Below are positions 37,880-50,589 of a stretch of 64,000 bases of DNA, piece by piece (the first letter of the stretch is position 1; each line of letters starts with the position of its first letter). The DNA comes from Negaprion brevirostris. Taxonomy: Eukaryota. The DNA lies in NCBI GenBank assembly GCA_030324005.1, contig JARDVH010000001.1, positions 91,780,276 through 91,844,275 on the forward strand. Reading direction: 5' to 3'. The notes beneath the pieces were generated by a model, which saw only the letters and a program-made list of their open reading frames with translations, was not told the DNA's origin and ran no database searches. Both the position numbers and the translations under genes were made by a program.

Positions 37880-37965
37880 GAGTGCAGTGAGAAGTCTTTA
37901 ACAGGACTTTAACCTGGTGTTGTCAGACTTCTTGCTGTGTTTACCCCAGTCCAACGCCACCATCA
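37880..37965 (-). mobile_element. Terminal fragment of the palindromic Penelope-like family
   Basis: ggactttaacctggtgttgtcagacttcttgctgtgtttaccccagtccaac matches the reverse complement of 9100-9150. Confidence 0.7.
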
Positions 37966-37969
37966 ATGA

Positions 37970-39430
37970 GCGCAGGTCAAAAGGATGTGGAGGGAGATCG
38001 AGGTAGGTTGGGGGTGTGCTCTACCAAGGGGGGGCCTGCTTCCCAGGGGGGGTTTGATCGCAGGGGGTGCCTTCCGGGAGGGTGGATCGCGGGGGGGTGT
38101 GCTCTGCCAAGGGCGGCCTGCCTCCCAGGGGGATCCGATCGCGGGGGTGGGGGTCTGCTGGGGTTGGTGGGGGGTGGGGTTCTGCCTCCCGGGGGGTTTG
38201 GATCACGGGAGAGGCGGGTCTGCCAGGGTAGTTAACAGGGGGCCTGCGAAGGGTGTTTGAGGAGGATCGGCTTTGGAGGTTCCCCGGCAGAATAGGAATC
38301 TGCTTCAGATTTTTCTTCTGCAGGTTGATAACAGCACAGATCCAGAACGGACCAGATCTGCGCCCAAATCGGGTGTCGGTAAAGGCGCAATCTGCTCAGA
38401 ATCGGGTGCAGACTGCGTTACAGGCCCGAAGTCCGAATTTACCACGATTTCGCGCCTGAAAATGGGCATGAATCTTTGGTAAAATCGGGCCCCATGTCTT
38501 TCTGTGATCATCTTAAATTTGTACCAACCAGTTACCCACTTACCATGTCCTAGTAACTCAGCATAGTTTGTAATCTTCAAGATCTCTAACACATTATCAC
38601 ATCTCCTTCTCAGACCTAGTGAAAATCCTTCATTTTTAAGTCTCGTCATACATATTGTCCCTCATTATTGAGCACCTTTGCTGTATATTTTCATTGTTTT
38701 TAAAGCCTTTCTTCATTGCTATATGAATCTTTTTGTTTATTTGCTTGCAAATCTCTCTGGCATGGAGGCAGGAAGGTTGACGAAATTACATCAAAAGGCA
38801 TTGGGTGGCTTGACTGATGCTTTCTGACTGCCATGCAATTCTGCTAGCAACAGGAAAGATGGTGGAGAGCTCAATTAGAGTGGTAGTCAATTAGAAGTCT
38901 TTTTGCCTCCACCCACATTTCACCAGCAGTAGTGGGAACCATCTGCCACATAGAAAGACCACCACTCTGACAAACTCCTAGTGGTCTTTGGGGTAGCTCC
39001 TCTTACAACATGCTTTGGCTCAAGAAGGGACTCTCACGTCACTGCTCCTCAGTGACATCACCCCCCCGCCCCCCCCAGCCCCGTCTCCTCAGCCAGTGAT
39101 GGCCTGACTGGTTGTGATGGTGCAAGTCCACTGATGCNNNNNNNNNNNNNNNNNNNNNNNNNNNNNNNNNNNNNNNNNNNNNNNNNNNNNNNNNNNNNNN
39201 NNNNNNNNNCTCTGCTCATTTTGTTTTTCATGCCCAGGTGCGCTGTTTGAGATTTTTTTCGAACTGCACATGTGCAGTTCACAGCTCCCATCGTTCCGGC
39301 AACGCCCATGGCACAGACCAGACTGGAGCCCGCAAAAAGCATATGGGCGCACTGGAATGAGGATTCCGGGGTCAGATCCATTTTACGCCCTGATCTGGCC
39401 CTTAGCCTCCAATTGGTAAAATCGGGCCCA
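37970..39430. mobile_element. Two GC/CpG-rich non-autonomous DNA-transposon (Harbinger-like MITE) fragments
   Basis: Both end in the same terminus ggtaaaatcgggccc (~38478-38492 and ~39415-39429). Internal ggatcgcggggg repeats at 38050-38210. Superfamily assignment is tentative. Confidence 0.55.
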
Positions 39431-39461
39431 TGGTCTTTACAAATTGCCCAGAAATTGCTGT

Positions 39462-39748
39462 GGGCAGCACAATGGCACAATGGTTAGAACATACAGCACC
39501 AAGGTCCCAGGTTCGACTCCCAGCTTGAGTGACTCTGTGTGGGGTTTGCACATTCTCCTCATGTTGGCATGGATTTCCTCCCGGGTACTCTGGTTTCCTC
39601 CCTCAGTCTAAAGATTTGCCATGTTAAATTGCCCCTTAGTGTCAGGGGTTTGGCAGGGTAAATAACTGGGTTTATGGGCATTGGTGGGATTGTGATCGAT
39701 GCAGACTCGAAGGGCCAAATGGCCTCTTTCTGAACTGTAGGATTCTAC
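39462..39748 (+). mobile_element. HE1-like V-SINE
   Basis: gggcagcacaatggcacaatggttag; B box ggttcgactcc; V-domain; CR1-type tail. Confidence 0.85.
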
Positions 39749-41389
39749 GAAAACAAATATTTTTGGAAGATTGAAATCTGGCAGTGGAAGATTGAGGCTG
39801 GAGCCTGTTGCCATTGGCCTTCTGCTTTTTTCTGTCTCAGAAGTAAAATTCTAACTGAAGGGATGGGGTGGTAATTTCTTTTGCCAACTCAACCTCCATC
39901 CCAGTGTCACTTTTGGGAGTGTGGTGGACATGATCCAGAATTCCAATAGCAATCCCACCAATTACAACTGGTAGCAAGTAAGCATGAATGAACAGAGTTT
40001 AAATTATACAAGGCTATCTATAAGGAGGTATCATAATTCTTAATTGAAAAAACAATCTATCAAAGGTTGATTGCTGTTTGGATGACAGGCCCAAAGATGT
40101 GGGGGCAGCAACAAAAGTATATTCTGTCCATTGGATCTTTGGTCAAACTTTCTGCCCTCCTCTTCCTCCTCCTCCTCCTTCCTCATACCTCGATAACAGA
40201 CAGAAAACTTTGGCACAGTTCTCCACCACTAATTTATAAATAACCCTGTTCTTTGGATCTGAAACAGGGTTATGGTGAGGCCTGATGGGCAGAGGTTCTC
40301 ATCTGCCACACTTATGGCAATGTAACAATGCTGCAAAGATTTTCAGATTAATTCATTTACAGAATGTGTNNNNNNNNNNNNNNNNNNNNNNNNNNNNNNN
40401 NNNNNAAAAAGGACTTTAAGAAGAATAATGTTAGAGGTTATGGAGATAGCATGAGTCTAAGGGACTCCTGTGACGGAGAACAATTTGTAATGGAAGACCT
40501 GTTTATATTCAACTCTTGTGATGTGTGAGCAAAGATGATGCCAGTAGATTACTTCAATGTAGGGAATTATTTTGGCTTGTTGTCATTGCTAGAAATTAAT
40601 ACAATATTTAAAGTACAGCTAGTCACCCTGTTCTGGTATGAATAACTTTGTGATGTGTTGGAACTGGCAGCGATGCAAGTACCAGGTTTGATGCCAGGGC
40701 ACTTTCTAAGATGTTGACTTAACTTTGGATTTGAAAGCAAAGGTTTTAGAATTAGTGAGATTTGGAAATGTGCACCGACAAAACAATTTCACCCATCTTT
40801 GTCTCTGAAAATGCAATTAATATATGCATCCTTACAGTAACTGCTAAGCATGGCCATCATGATAATTCTGTTGAAATCTATATAAATATATTTATATATC
40901 TCCAACTCAGAAACTGATAAGGTACCACAGTCTAAATAACTTCTTCTTTGAATGCATTTGTGTGAAATTGGCCCCTGTTTTGAGTGTCCTGTATCACCCT
41001 AAGAAACTAACAAAGTTGCTCAGGTGTCGTATTAGCCAACCTAGGCTGTTATAATGCCTAATGTGCTGATGGGTTCAAATGTTTGTAATGCGCAATCATA
41101 ATGCTAAATGAAACTTTAATTGTATTACTCGCTTTTCCTGCTATGTTACTTTAATAGGTTTTGTAGTGTAATGTAACCTTGTGCTGGAAGTTCCAGGTTC
41201 AATTTCCAGGACTTGACAGCCAAGGAGGATGTATTCATAACAGTTTGAATATCAATCTGAAAGTCGTTCCAACATACACCAATGGCAAGCAGTAAGACTG
41301 GGAGAGATTTCTGCTCAGCCATGCCACCAAAAAAAATTGGAGCCTTTATGAATACTGTCCATAGTTTCCAGCTACAACATGCATGTACA

Positions 41390-42760
41390 AAGAACAAAGA
41401 AAAGTGCAGCATAGGATCAGGCCCTTCAGCCCTCCAAGCCCATGCCAATCATGATGCCCTAAGGACCATATCCTTCTTTTCCCTCCCTATTCATGTATCC
41501 ATCTAGATGGCCCTTAAGTGTTGCTAATTTGCTCGCTTCCACCACCTCTTCTGGCAGCGTGTTCCAGGCACCCACCATTCTCCGAGTGAAAAACTTCCAA
41601 TGCACAACACCCTTAAACTTTCCCCCCCTCATCTTGAAGCTTGCTAAGGCTTCATTGCCTGGGGCATTGAATACAAGCCTCTTTTGAAGTACTGCATGCT
41701 GTTCTGGTCGCCACACTACCAGAAGGATGTGGAAACTTTGGAGAGAATGCCAAGATGATTCATCGGGATGAATGAAAATCTTCCACCGCACAACACCCTT
41801 AAACTTTCCCCCCCTCATCTTGAAGCTGTGCCCCCTTGTAATTGACTCTTCTACACCTAGAAAAAGCCTCTGACTATCCACCCTGCTGATGTCCCTCGTA
41901 ATTTTGTGGACCTTTATCAGGTCTCCCCTCAGCCTCCATCTTTCCAATGAAAACAATCCTGGTTTATTCATCCTTTCATAGCCAACACCCTCAAAGCCAG
42001 GCAACATCCCGATGAATCACCTTTGCATTCTGTCCAAAGTTTCCACATCCTTCTGGTAGTGTGGCGACCAGAACAGCATGCAATACTTCAAAAGCAGCCT
42101 TTGGTTTTATATAGCTGCAACATGATTTGCCAACTCTTGTATTCAATGCTCCAGGCAATGAAGGCAAACATGCCATATGCCTTCTTAATCACCTTGGCCA
42201 CTTGTGTTGCCACTTTTAGGGAACTGGTGGACCTGCACACCCAGACTCCTTTGTATGCTAATGTTCCTAAAGGTTCTGCCATTTACCATATAATTCACGC
42301 CTAAATTTGATCCTCCAAAATGCATCACCTGGCATTTGTCTGGATTAAACTCCATCTGCCATTTCTGTGCCCAAGTCTTCAATCTATGTCCTTTTGTACG
42401 CTTTGACAATCCCTGCACCATCAGCAAGTCCACCAATCTTCATGTCATCTGCAAACTTACTAATTAAACCACCTATATTTTCCTCCAGATCATTTACATA
42501 TGCTATAAACAACAGAGGTCTCAGCACTGATCCCGGTGAACCACCACCAGTTACTGAAAACCATCCATTCTGAAAAACACTCTTCCACCACTACTCTGTC
42601 TTCTATTATCAAGCCATCTCTCAATCCATCTAGGCAGCCCACCCCAAATCTCATGTGGTTTTAGTTTTTGTACAGGTTGCCAAATGGCACCTTGTCAAAC
42701 CCTGAAAATTCACGTAAACTACATTCACAGCTTTTCTCTCATCAATTAGCTTTGTCACAA
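41390..42760 (-). mobile_element. CR1 RT fragment with internal inverted duplication
   Basis: WQMEFNPDKCQVMHFG, QVAKVIKKAYGMFAFI, LFSLERWRLRGDLIKVHKI, RMVGAWNTLPEEVVEA. Confidence 0.9.
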
Positions 42761-43899
42761 GTACATTCTACCAAAGCAACTTGGATTCCTTGTAGGACTA
42801 ATTAGCTGGATAGCTGGCATGGAGTTGATTGATGCCAATGGCCTGAGGTTATGATCTCCATTCCAACTGATGGGACTTGGCACGTGTCTCCTTGCTCAAC
42901 CTGTGGTGGAGATAGCAATGCTATAGATCAGATCTGGCTTTGTGCAGAGAACTGAAGAAGAAATAGTAACCTTAAGACTTAAACATTATTTTAGACCTTA
43001 CACATGACTGTATTCTACAGGACATTTCAGTATCAAAATGGCCCACTGTCTGTGACATGCTATCTAATCAAACCTCCTATCGTCTTCGGAAGTTGGCAAA
43101 TGACTTTCAGGTTGTATCAGTTTTTGCAATGTTATAGCCACATCTAATTATAAAGATTGGCACAGGCATTCTACTTCAAGTATTAGTTGGAATATTGTGA
43201 AACAATCTCAAGACTGTGATGATGATTGCAAACCACTCAAGCTTGCTTCTTGGGGATTGGCATCAACTGGGCCTTAGCTTATCTCAATATTTCACTGCCG
43301 TCTAATCTGCTGGTTACTTTATATGTTAATGATATTGGAAATACTCTGTGGGGAGTTCATTTGCTGCATCGTTTGATATTGTTAACTCAGTAGTTGGAGG
43401 AACTGAAATTTAGTAACAGTTTTATTTTGTCCCACATGTCAGAGATGATGATCTCTCAGTCAGTTCCTTGCTGGGCCAACAAAACATTTACTGGTGGGCA
43501 ACAGTGACATAGTGCCATTGACATAGTCACTAACTCCAGAACACTTCATTTTTAACACAGGCAGTCACTGTGAAGCAGGAAAAAGTTTTGTTGACCAGTG
43601 AAGAACATGGAAAGCTGGCAGTGAGGCTTTCAAACTGGAAACATGTGGACTGCAGTTTTTTTTTATGAGATTAGAAGATTGTAAAAGATCCATGGGACAT
43701 TGCATTGTGTAGTTGAATCTTTAAGATTCTAAAGCATTTAATCATGGATTGTTCCTTTCCTTTGGCAATTGATTTTAATTTTCTTCCTTTCTCCTCTACT
43801 TCTAAAGCCTATTTACTCTTGTTTAAGTAAGGTTTAGTGCCAGTACCCTACCCAAATGCCCATTTGTCATAAGTAATGACTGTGAACAGGGTGTTTGAC

Positions 43900-44065
43900 C
43901 GCAGCAGTCATGCATGTTTTCCATGAGGTCACTGGATGGTGATAGGAGCAAAATCCTAATTGATTTTCACCTCACTGATTCAGGGCATTGAAACTAATTA
44001 TAATATTCTTCAACCACTAAAATTACGTGAAATTTGTAAACTGGGCACCAGTCAGGACCTAAACC
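43900..44065 (-). mobile_element. Old SINE relic (LF-SINE-like), cut off at LTR A
   Basis: Minus strand reads ...tgctcctatcaccatccagtgacctcatggaaaacatgc, resembling the recalled LF-SINE body. Weak similarity. Confidence 0.35.
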
Positions 44066-44819
44066 TGTGAAGTAGGGAAAAGGTGAATGCATTTTGTGCC
44101 TGAAGGGAAAGGGTTAATGGATTTTGTATCTAGAATATGTCACAAACATAACCTTTCATCATGATCTTCTCAAACTTATATTGCTTATACTGTTCCTGGC
44201 ATTAATATAAGTTATTTGTTCATGTCTTACATGCTTTAGCACTCACTTGTATAAAGACAGAGAGTTTAATGTGGCTGTTATTTTGTAGACTTTGTAAATC
44301 TTACTTATTTGTGTTAGTTAGACATCGTTACACAGACGCTAGTTTACGCTACCGGCTTTTAACAGCTGCTGATGGCAGATCACGATACCGGCTTTTAACA
44401 GGAAGAGTCCTGCTGGGACAGCCGCGATCGCACAAGTAACTTCAAAGACAGGGATGCTGGTACTGCTGCAGAAGGATTTTGAATCATGACCGGATTAAGC
44501 CTGTGTCATGACTGCAGCTGCCAGCTGGACATAGAACATAGAATATTACAGCCCAGTATAGGCCCATCGTTAATTGTGATTAAATCTGGGGCTGTATCAC
44601 GACCAAGGAAGGAAGACCTGGAGTTCTGGCCAGAACGGGAAACTTGGAATCGTGATTGACACTAAGACTCACCATGTATAAATGCCCACTTGTGTTTGTG
44701 TTCTATGAGAAGTCTGATGGTCCTACTTCTCCCAAAATTCTGGAATACCCAGAGTTTTGAAATAAAAACCACTGTATTTTGACTCACTAACAGTCTGAGG
44801 TATTATTTTACCTACAGCA
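44066..44819 (+). mobile_element. LTR copy A (retrovirus-like; no PBS, PPT or TSD seen)
   Basis: Starts TGTGAAGTAGG, ends CCTACAGCA. TATAAA 44677-44682, AATAAA 44761-44766. Collinear with 47241-47910. Confidence 0.8.
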
Positions 44820-46234
44820 GATGCACACAGTGCATTTATGATTACCTTGAAGCCCCCACAGATTCTCACCATGCCATCAGTTTTCAAAACTGGCACAATT
44901 GGTGTGGTCCACTTGCTGGTCAAGACTGCTTCCAGCACCCCATGCTCAACAGACGTTCTAGTTTGGCCCCTAATTTTGGCCTAATCGTGTATGACACCAG
45001 ACATGACTTCAGGCTCCTTGGATGAGCCTTTATCTTGATCTCTTTCATCTCACTCAGGGCCCCTGTGAATACTTTCTTATATTTCTCAAGGATATCCTGT
45101 AACCTTGTCTTCAAATTTGCCAGCCTGTTTACTACATTCTAGTTTAATTTAAATTTCTGCAAGCAGGAGTGACCAAACAAGGCAGATTAGACACCCTTGA
45201 CCACATACAGCAGTAGTTTCGCACACAGGTCCCTTAGTTGTACCTTTAGTAGCATGTATCCTCTCAGTGGCACCATGTATAAGGTGATTTTTGAAGGTTT
45301 CAATGGCAATGTTTTCGCTTGTCTCTGTATGGAATATCCCTTCCCCTGTTCTACTTCCATTTTGATTACTTTCCCTTCCACCTTTGGAAGGACCTAGAAT
45401 TTATCAACTTCTCCTCCAACCAGTAAAGTATTCCACTGAAATTTGGTCAATTTGAGTTCTTCTTCCTCCTCAGCAGATGCAGAGTACTCTCTGTCCTCTT
45501 ATGGCTGACAGCATGTATTTTGTAATTAAACTTCAAGTTCTCTCTTTCTGACTCCCCATTCCCTCTTTTAATTGTGCTCTACAATTTCTGCTTATACCAG
45601 CGGCATTGAGCTTTGTGAGTCCAGCATGCGGGCTCTTTGTCGCCAGACTTGCCACAGCAGCAACAGTATATGGTCGACACCACATTCTGTTGCTCTTCAG
45701 CTACTTTGTGTACTCGGGCACTGACAGCCTACTGTAATGCTTCATCTGCAACCAGTTCCCTGGAAATATCTATCTCAAAAACCACTTTAAGGTCTAGACA
45801 TTTTGTCAGTTTCTGTTGTATCATTGCAAAGCCCACACACTAAACAATCCTTTAAGGCATCCTGTAAGAAAGCACCAAATCACAGTGCACAGCTTGTGTC
45901 TTTAACACAACCACAAATTATGCAATGGATTCACCTTCCAGTTACATTCTCTGATAAACTTGAAACTGTTTTGCTATTGTAATTGGCTTTGGGGCATAAT
46001 GGCTTCTTCATGCTTTGCACAGCTCTGCTAGGGGATGCACTATGGGTTTCTCTGTTTGTATGAGGCTTCATAACATCGTGAACATTTTATAACCTACAGT
46101 ACTTAAGAAAACTGTTACGGTGAGTTCTTATTCTGCCTTATTTGACTTTAAGTAAGAGTGGAAATGATCCATTATAGTGCCCAGCTTTTCCAAATCTGGT
46201 TGAAAGGCCTCATTCTCCTAAACTGGCCAGCCAT
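44820..46234 (-). pseudogene. Degenerate Ty3/Gypsy gag-protease-RT(N-terminal) region
   Basis: gag from ATG at 46234 (HYAPKPITIAKQFQVYQR..EGESIA; Cys-knuckle remnant CCGKSG..PACW at ~45640). Protease remnant VEGKVIKMEV. RT start SKWTTPIVPVLKTDGMVRICGGFKVIIN, truncated at LTR A. Confidence 0.85.
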
Positions 46235-47240
46235 TTCCTGGTTCCTTTGGTGGCCGTTTTCCCAACTTTACATATAGTAGCTGCTTTTCATGCGTTTTTG
46301 CCACTCTTTGTACGCTTCTTGCCACCACTCTCTCACCGACAGTTCTCCCCTACTCTGCCTGTTGGTTGCCATCTGAGTCCCCTTGCGACCACTTCCCTTC
46401 CACTTGTCTTGGTGCTCCCAGAGAACAGATCTTTCTTCCCATACCTGGCCTGCAACTGTAGCCTAAGTCCCCTCATGGCCACTGCCTTCAGCCTTTCAGG
46501 GAGTATCTTTGCGACGTCAAATGCAGTCCAAGTCTCCTCGCAACTGTTCCTCTTGATGCCTGGGCCTCTTCCATTTAGTCTATCCCAACATGTCGACAAT
46601 TCCCCCTGTTATCAAAGTCTAGGATGATGAGACCAATAATTTTTCCTCTCACAAAAATCGGCGGTGATATGCAGTCCATGGGCCATGACTTTCCCCCATT
46701 GCCTATTATTATGTCTGAAGTCTGATATTGAAACTAATGATAGACCATGAGGTCCCAGGTCACCTGACCTGTTCTGTTAAAGGGGCATTCTCCAATAGAG
46801 ATAACAAGGAGTTTCTCCTCATCTCAGTTCTAAATGGTCTACATGTATCCTGAGACTGTGTCCTCTTGTTCTAGATGTCGCCTGACCCCAGCCAGAGGAA
46901 ACTACTGCCGTGATTCTCCCATCCCAACCTGCAACTTTTCTGGCGATGTGCGTCGCTAACCTTATTCCAGGATTTGCGCATGTGTCAGGAATGCATGAAT
47001 ATCTCCCAAAGCCAGCGAACAGTTGCAGGCCAGACTGGTGAGAAGGCAGGTAAGTAACTTGAACCTGTTTTTAATATGTATTAAATGTCTTTTACATTTC
47101 ATTATCAGGAAATTACTGGTCCCCATTGAATCTCCCATCCNNNNNNNNNNNNNNNNNNNNNNNNNNNNNNNNNNNNNNNNNNNNNNNNNNNNNNNNNNNN
47201 NNNNNNNNNNNNNNNNNNNNNNNNNNNNNNNNNNNNNNNN

Positions 47241-47910
47241 AAGTAGGGAAAGAGTTAATGGATTTTGTATCTTGCATATGTCACAAACATAACCCTTCCT
47301 CGTGACTGATCTTCTCAAGCTTATACTGCTTATACTACTCTTGGCATTAATATGTTATTTGTTCATATCTTACATGCTTTAATTCTCATTTTTATAAAGA
47401 CAAAGAGGTTAATGTGATTGTTATTTTGTCGTCTTTGCAAATCTTACTTATTTGTATTAGTTGGACATCATTAGAAAAATGGTAGTTTACGATCGCAATA
47501 CCGACTTTTAACAGGAAGGGTCCTGCTGGGACAGCCGTGATCACACAAGTAACTTCAAAGACAGGGATACTGGTACTGCTGCAGAAGGGTTTTGAATCGT
47601 GACCGGATGAAGCCCGTGTCATGACCGTGGCTACCAGCTGGACTGTGAATCATGATTAAATCTGGAGCTGTATCACGACCAAGAAAGGAAGACCCAGAGT
47701 TCTGGCCGGAATGGGAAACTTGTGTCGTGATTGATACTAAGACTCATAATGTATAAATGCCCACTTGTGTTTGTGTTCTATGAGAAGTTTTGTCGTCCAT
47801 TGTAAGGAACCAGTTTCTCCCAAAACTCTGGAATAGACCCCAAAGCTTTGGAATAAAAGCCACTGTATTTTGACTCACTAACAGTCTGAGGTATTATTTT
47901 ACATACAACA
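47241..47910 (+). mobile_element. LTR copy B, the 5' LTR of a truncated ERV-like element (5' edge lost in N gap)
   Basis: Homologous to LTR A. TATAAA 47752-47757, AATAAA 47852-47857, ends CAACA, followed after 2 nt by a PBS. Confidence 0.85.
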
Positions 47911-47912
47911 TT

Positions 47913-47930
47913 TGGTGCTGAAAGTCGGGA
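47913..47930 (+). promoter_or_regulatory. Primer-binding site complementary to tRNA-Phe 3' end
   Basis: tggtgctgaaagtcggga vs TGGTGCCGAAACCCGGGA: 15/18 identical, two of the three differences allow G-U pairing. The next 2 nt (tc) also match. Confidence 0.8.
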
Positions 47931-50589
47931 TCTGTTTGCGGGCTCAGGTTAAATGGCCACAATCTGGGTACTGGAATAGATCACCAAACTTAATAGGGTG
48001 AGTCAAGCTGCAGTGAGGGAATGATCTGTGATGAGAATCTGTGATGAGAGACTGTGAGAGTGTGAAAGAGGTCTGAACTGAACATATATGAACAAGGAGG
48101 CATTTGTCTTTAACACACCAGCCTTAGACCGGTTGTTAAGAGGGGAACTCCCCCACGCGATGGTCAGGAGTTTGAAGTGATAGTAAAAGACTGGAGAAAG
48201 GTGCCTGGAGTGTGATGTTCAGATGTGAGTGGGAAAGAGACTGTCAGTGATCACTGGAATTGAAGGAAAAGTCGGTTTAAGTTTAACAGTGTAAGTTTAC
48301 AAGTGTAAGCGATGGTACAGAGGGCACTGAGCACCTCTGACAGGTATCACTGGACTCTGATAAGAGCAGCCTAGGAGTGGAAGAGCGAGATGGGAAAATA
48401 GAATTGGTCCATTCTTAATTTTTCTGCAATCATCAACTATCCTTTTGTTGAATAGTGTAATTACCATTCAGATCCATAGGCTAGTTAACTAATGACGAGA
48501 CCTGGAAACCTTTCACAAACTCAACCACAATTTATCTCTAAGCAGTATTATTGAGTTCTAATGAATTTTACATCTGGAACATATATTTGCTATTTCCTTA
48601 GACCATTGCTGGTTCCAGAATTATAGGGGGAGATTGTGCTTGCCAGATATTGGGCTATTTGACACCTTACACTGGGGTGGGACTTCTTATGGTGGAAAAT
48701 TACAGAGGACAGTGCTTAATGACATGGCCAGGTCAGGAAAGGAGGGTGCAGGATTGTGACTGAAACCAGAAGACTTGCTCATTTCATCGGCTGGATTTTA
48801 TGGCACTAACGGGTGTTTTTGAAGTTCGGGGGCTAGGATGCACAAAATAAAGCAGGTTGCCTTCCCATGTCTTACCACCCATGTCTGACCTGTTTCCCAT
48901 ATTACTGTGAGCGGGAAAGACGTCAAGCAGCCCACCTGCCCTGAGTCCCATTGAGACACTTAAGTGGCCAGTTAATAGCCACTTAAGCATTTCATTCTGC
49001 CTCCTCTGCCATTTTACTTGGAGCAGAAACAGTGGAGGCAAGGCAGATAGCCTTTGTGGGCTGCTGTCAGGGAGGAAGATGCGGAGCACCTCCATTGAGG
49101 AGACCCCTGTGCCCATTGGAGACACTTCTGCATGATCAGACTCCCTCCTTAACCCAACCTCCAGCTGATCAAACCTAGTCCTCCCATCTCCTTCCAAAAT
49201 GCTTTCTGGGGCTTGCCAGCCAAGCCCATTCAAAACAATGGACTTGCCTGTCAGTCCACGCTCCATTGCCTCTTCAGCATCAGGACTGCCTGTTAATCCT
49301 TGTAGTGGGCAAGTCTTTATCCAGGTGCTGCTGGGATTACAGAATCCTCAGCCAGTCTAATCTGCAAGCAGCTCCAGGGTGGGTTTCTTCCAAGATGGGG
49401 ATGGAAATCCTACTGTGAAACAATTACACCTCTGTCTAGTGTAATATCAGCCTTGATTTTCATGGAGTTGGGGAGGGTGGCTGTGGGAGGGTGGAAACAG
49501 TAGCAGGGGCCCAATTCTGTGATTCAGAACCATGCATTTCTGACCTGGCTGGTGCCATTGCTGACATAAGCATATCCTAGTCTGCAATTTTCATGAAGTT
49601 GGGCCTTACAAGAATATAGTTCACAGCACCTTGGATGTCATGAACCAAAGTCTGGATGAGGGAACTTTTTGAAAGGTGAGTTCAAATGTCTTGCTTATTT
49701 TCCTCCCAGGCCAAGCTTCACCAACCGCAATGGCCCTTCGTGCTTCCCCATGCCAAGCAATGCACTTCCATGCTCATTCGCCCTATATATTGCTTTGAAG
49801 CAATGAATCCTGGAGTTGTAGTAGGATATTTAATGGAGGCTTTTAAAAAAATGCATTCATAACATTCCATTTCTTAAAAAAAATTCCTTTCATTCCAGTG
49901 CCACAAAAATGTCAATCATCCAGAGTCTTTAAAGTATCATTAGTACTTAAAATCTTTTACCTTGTGTAAGTGAACATTTTGCAATTGACAAGAAAACATC
50001 AGAGGACCGAAAATACATGATGAAGTTTGGCTGAGAGTCCAAGCATCCATTAGACTGTTGAAACAGATGATTCCCAAGGAAACATTGCTTGATTAACAGC
50101 TCTAATCTCTTACAATTTCTCTATTTATTTGGTATGGAGAGTTAATGGATTTGAGGGGATGTGAGGGTTAGAGGACATTACTTTTTTCATTATAACTGGG
50201 ATAAAGTGCCACAGCACNNNNNNNNNNNNNNNNNNNNNNNNNNNNNNNNNNNNNNNNNNNNNNNNNNNNNNNNNNNNNNNNNNNNNNNNNNNNNNNNNNN
50301 NNNNNNNNNNNNNNNNNTTCATTATAACTGGGATAAAGTGCCACAGCACTTCTAAACAATCTTCCTTAGCACCCAGCAGCAGCCCATGTGGTTGCCTCCA
50401 AACTCTTTCTTGGGTTAGCTGGTCTAACCCTAGTCCTGACTCAAGCTGAGGATGGACCTGTGGGCATGACAACTTGCTGCAATGCTCCAGTAAAGTCCAA
50501 CTGAAACAAAGAACAACACCACATATACTGATTTATTAGGAGAAATTGAGACTGATAGACAACGATGGGATTCCAACCCCACACCCCCC

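Noticed and set aside
37966-38649. Cluster of Gly/Arg-rich ORFs and G-runs (possible gene or G-quadruplex element)
   Set aside because: Explained by a GC-rich MITE with internal G-rich repeats; no recognisable domain or splice structure.
48784-49266. 160-aa minus-strand ORF
   Set aside because: Lies in a decayed MITE-like sequence (ggctggatttt terminus; palindromic cacttaagtggc...gccacttaag); no protein motif.
50186-50350. Direct repeats either side of 100-N gaps (also 3629-3750 and 5583-5710)
   Set aside because: Identical sequence on both sides of fixed-length gaps indicates unmerged overlapping contig ends, not real duplications or TSDs.
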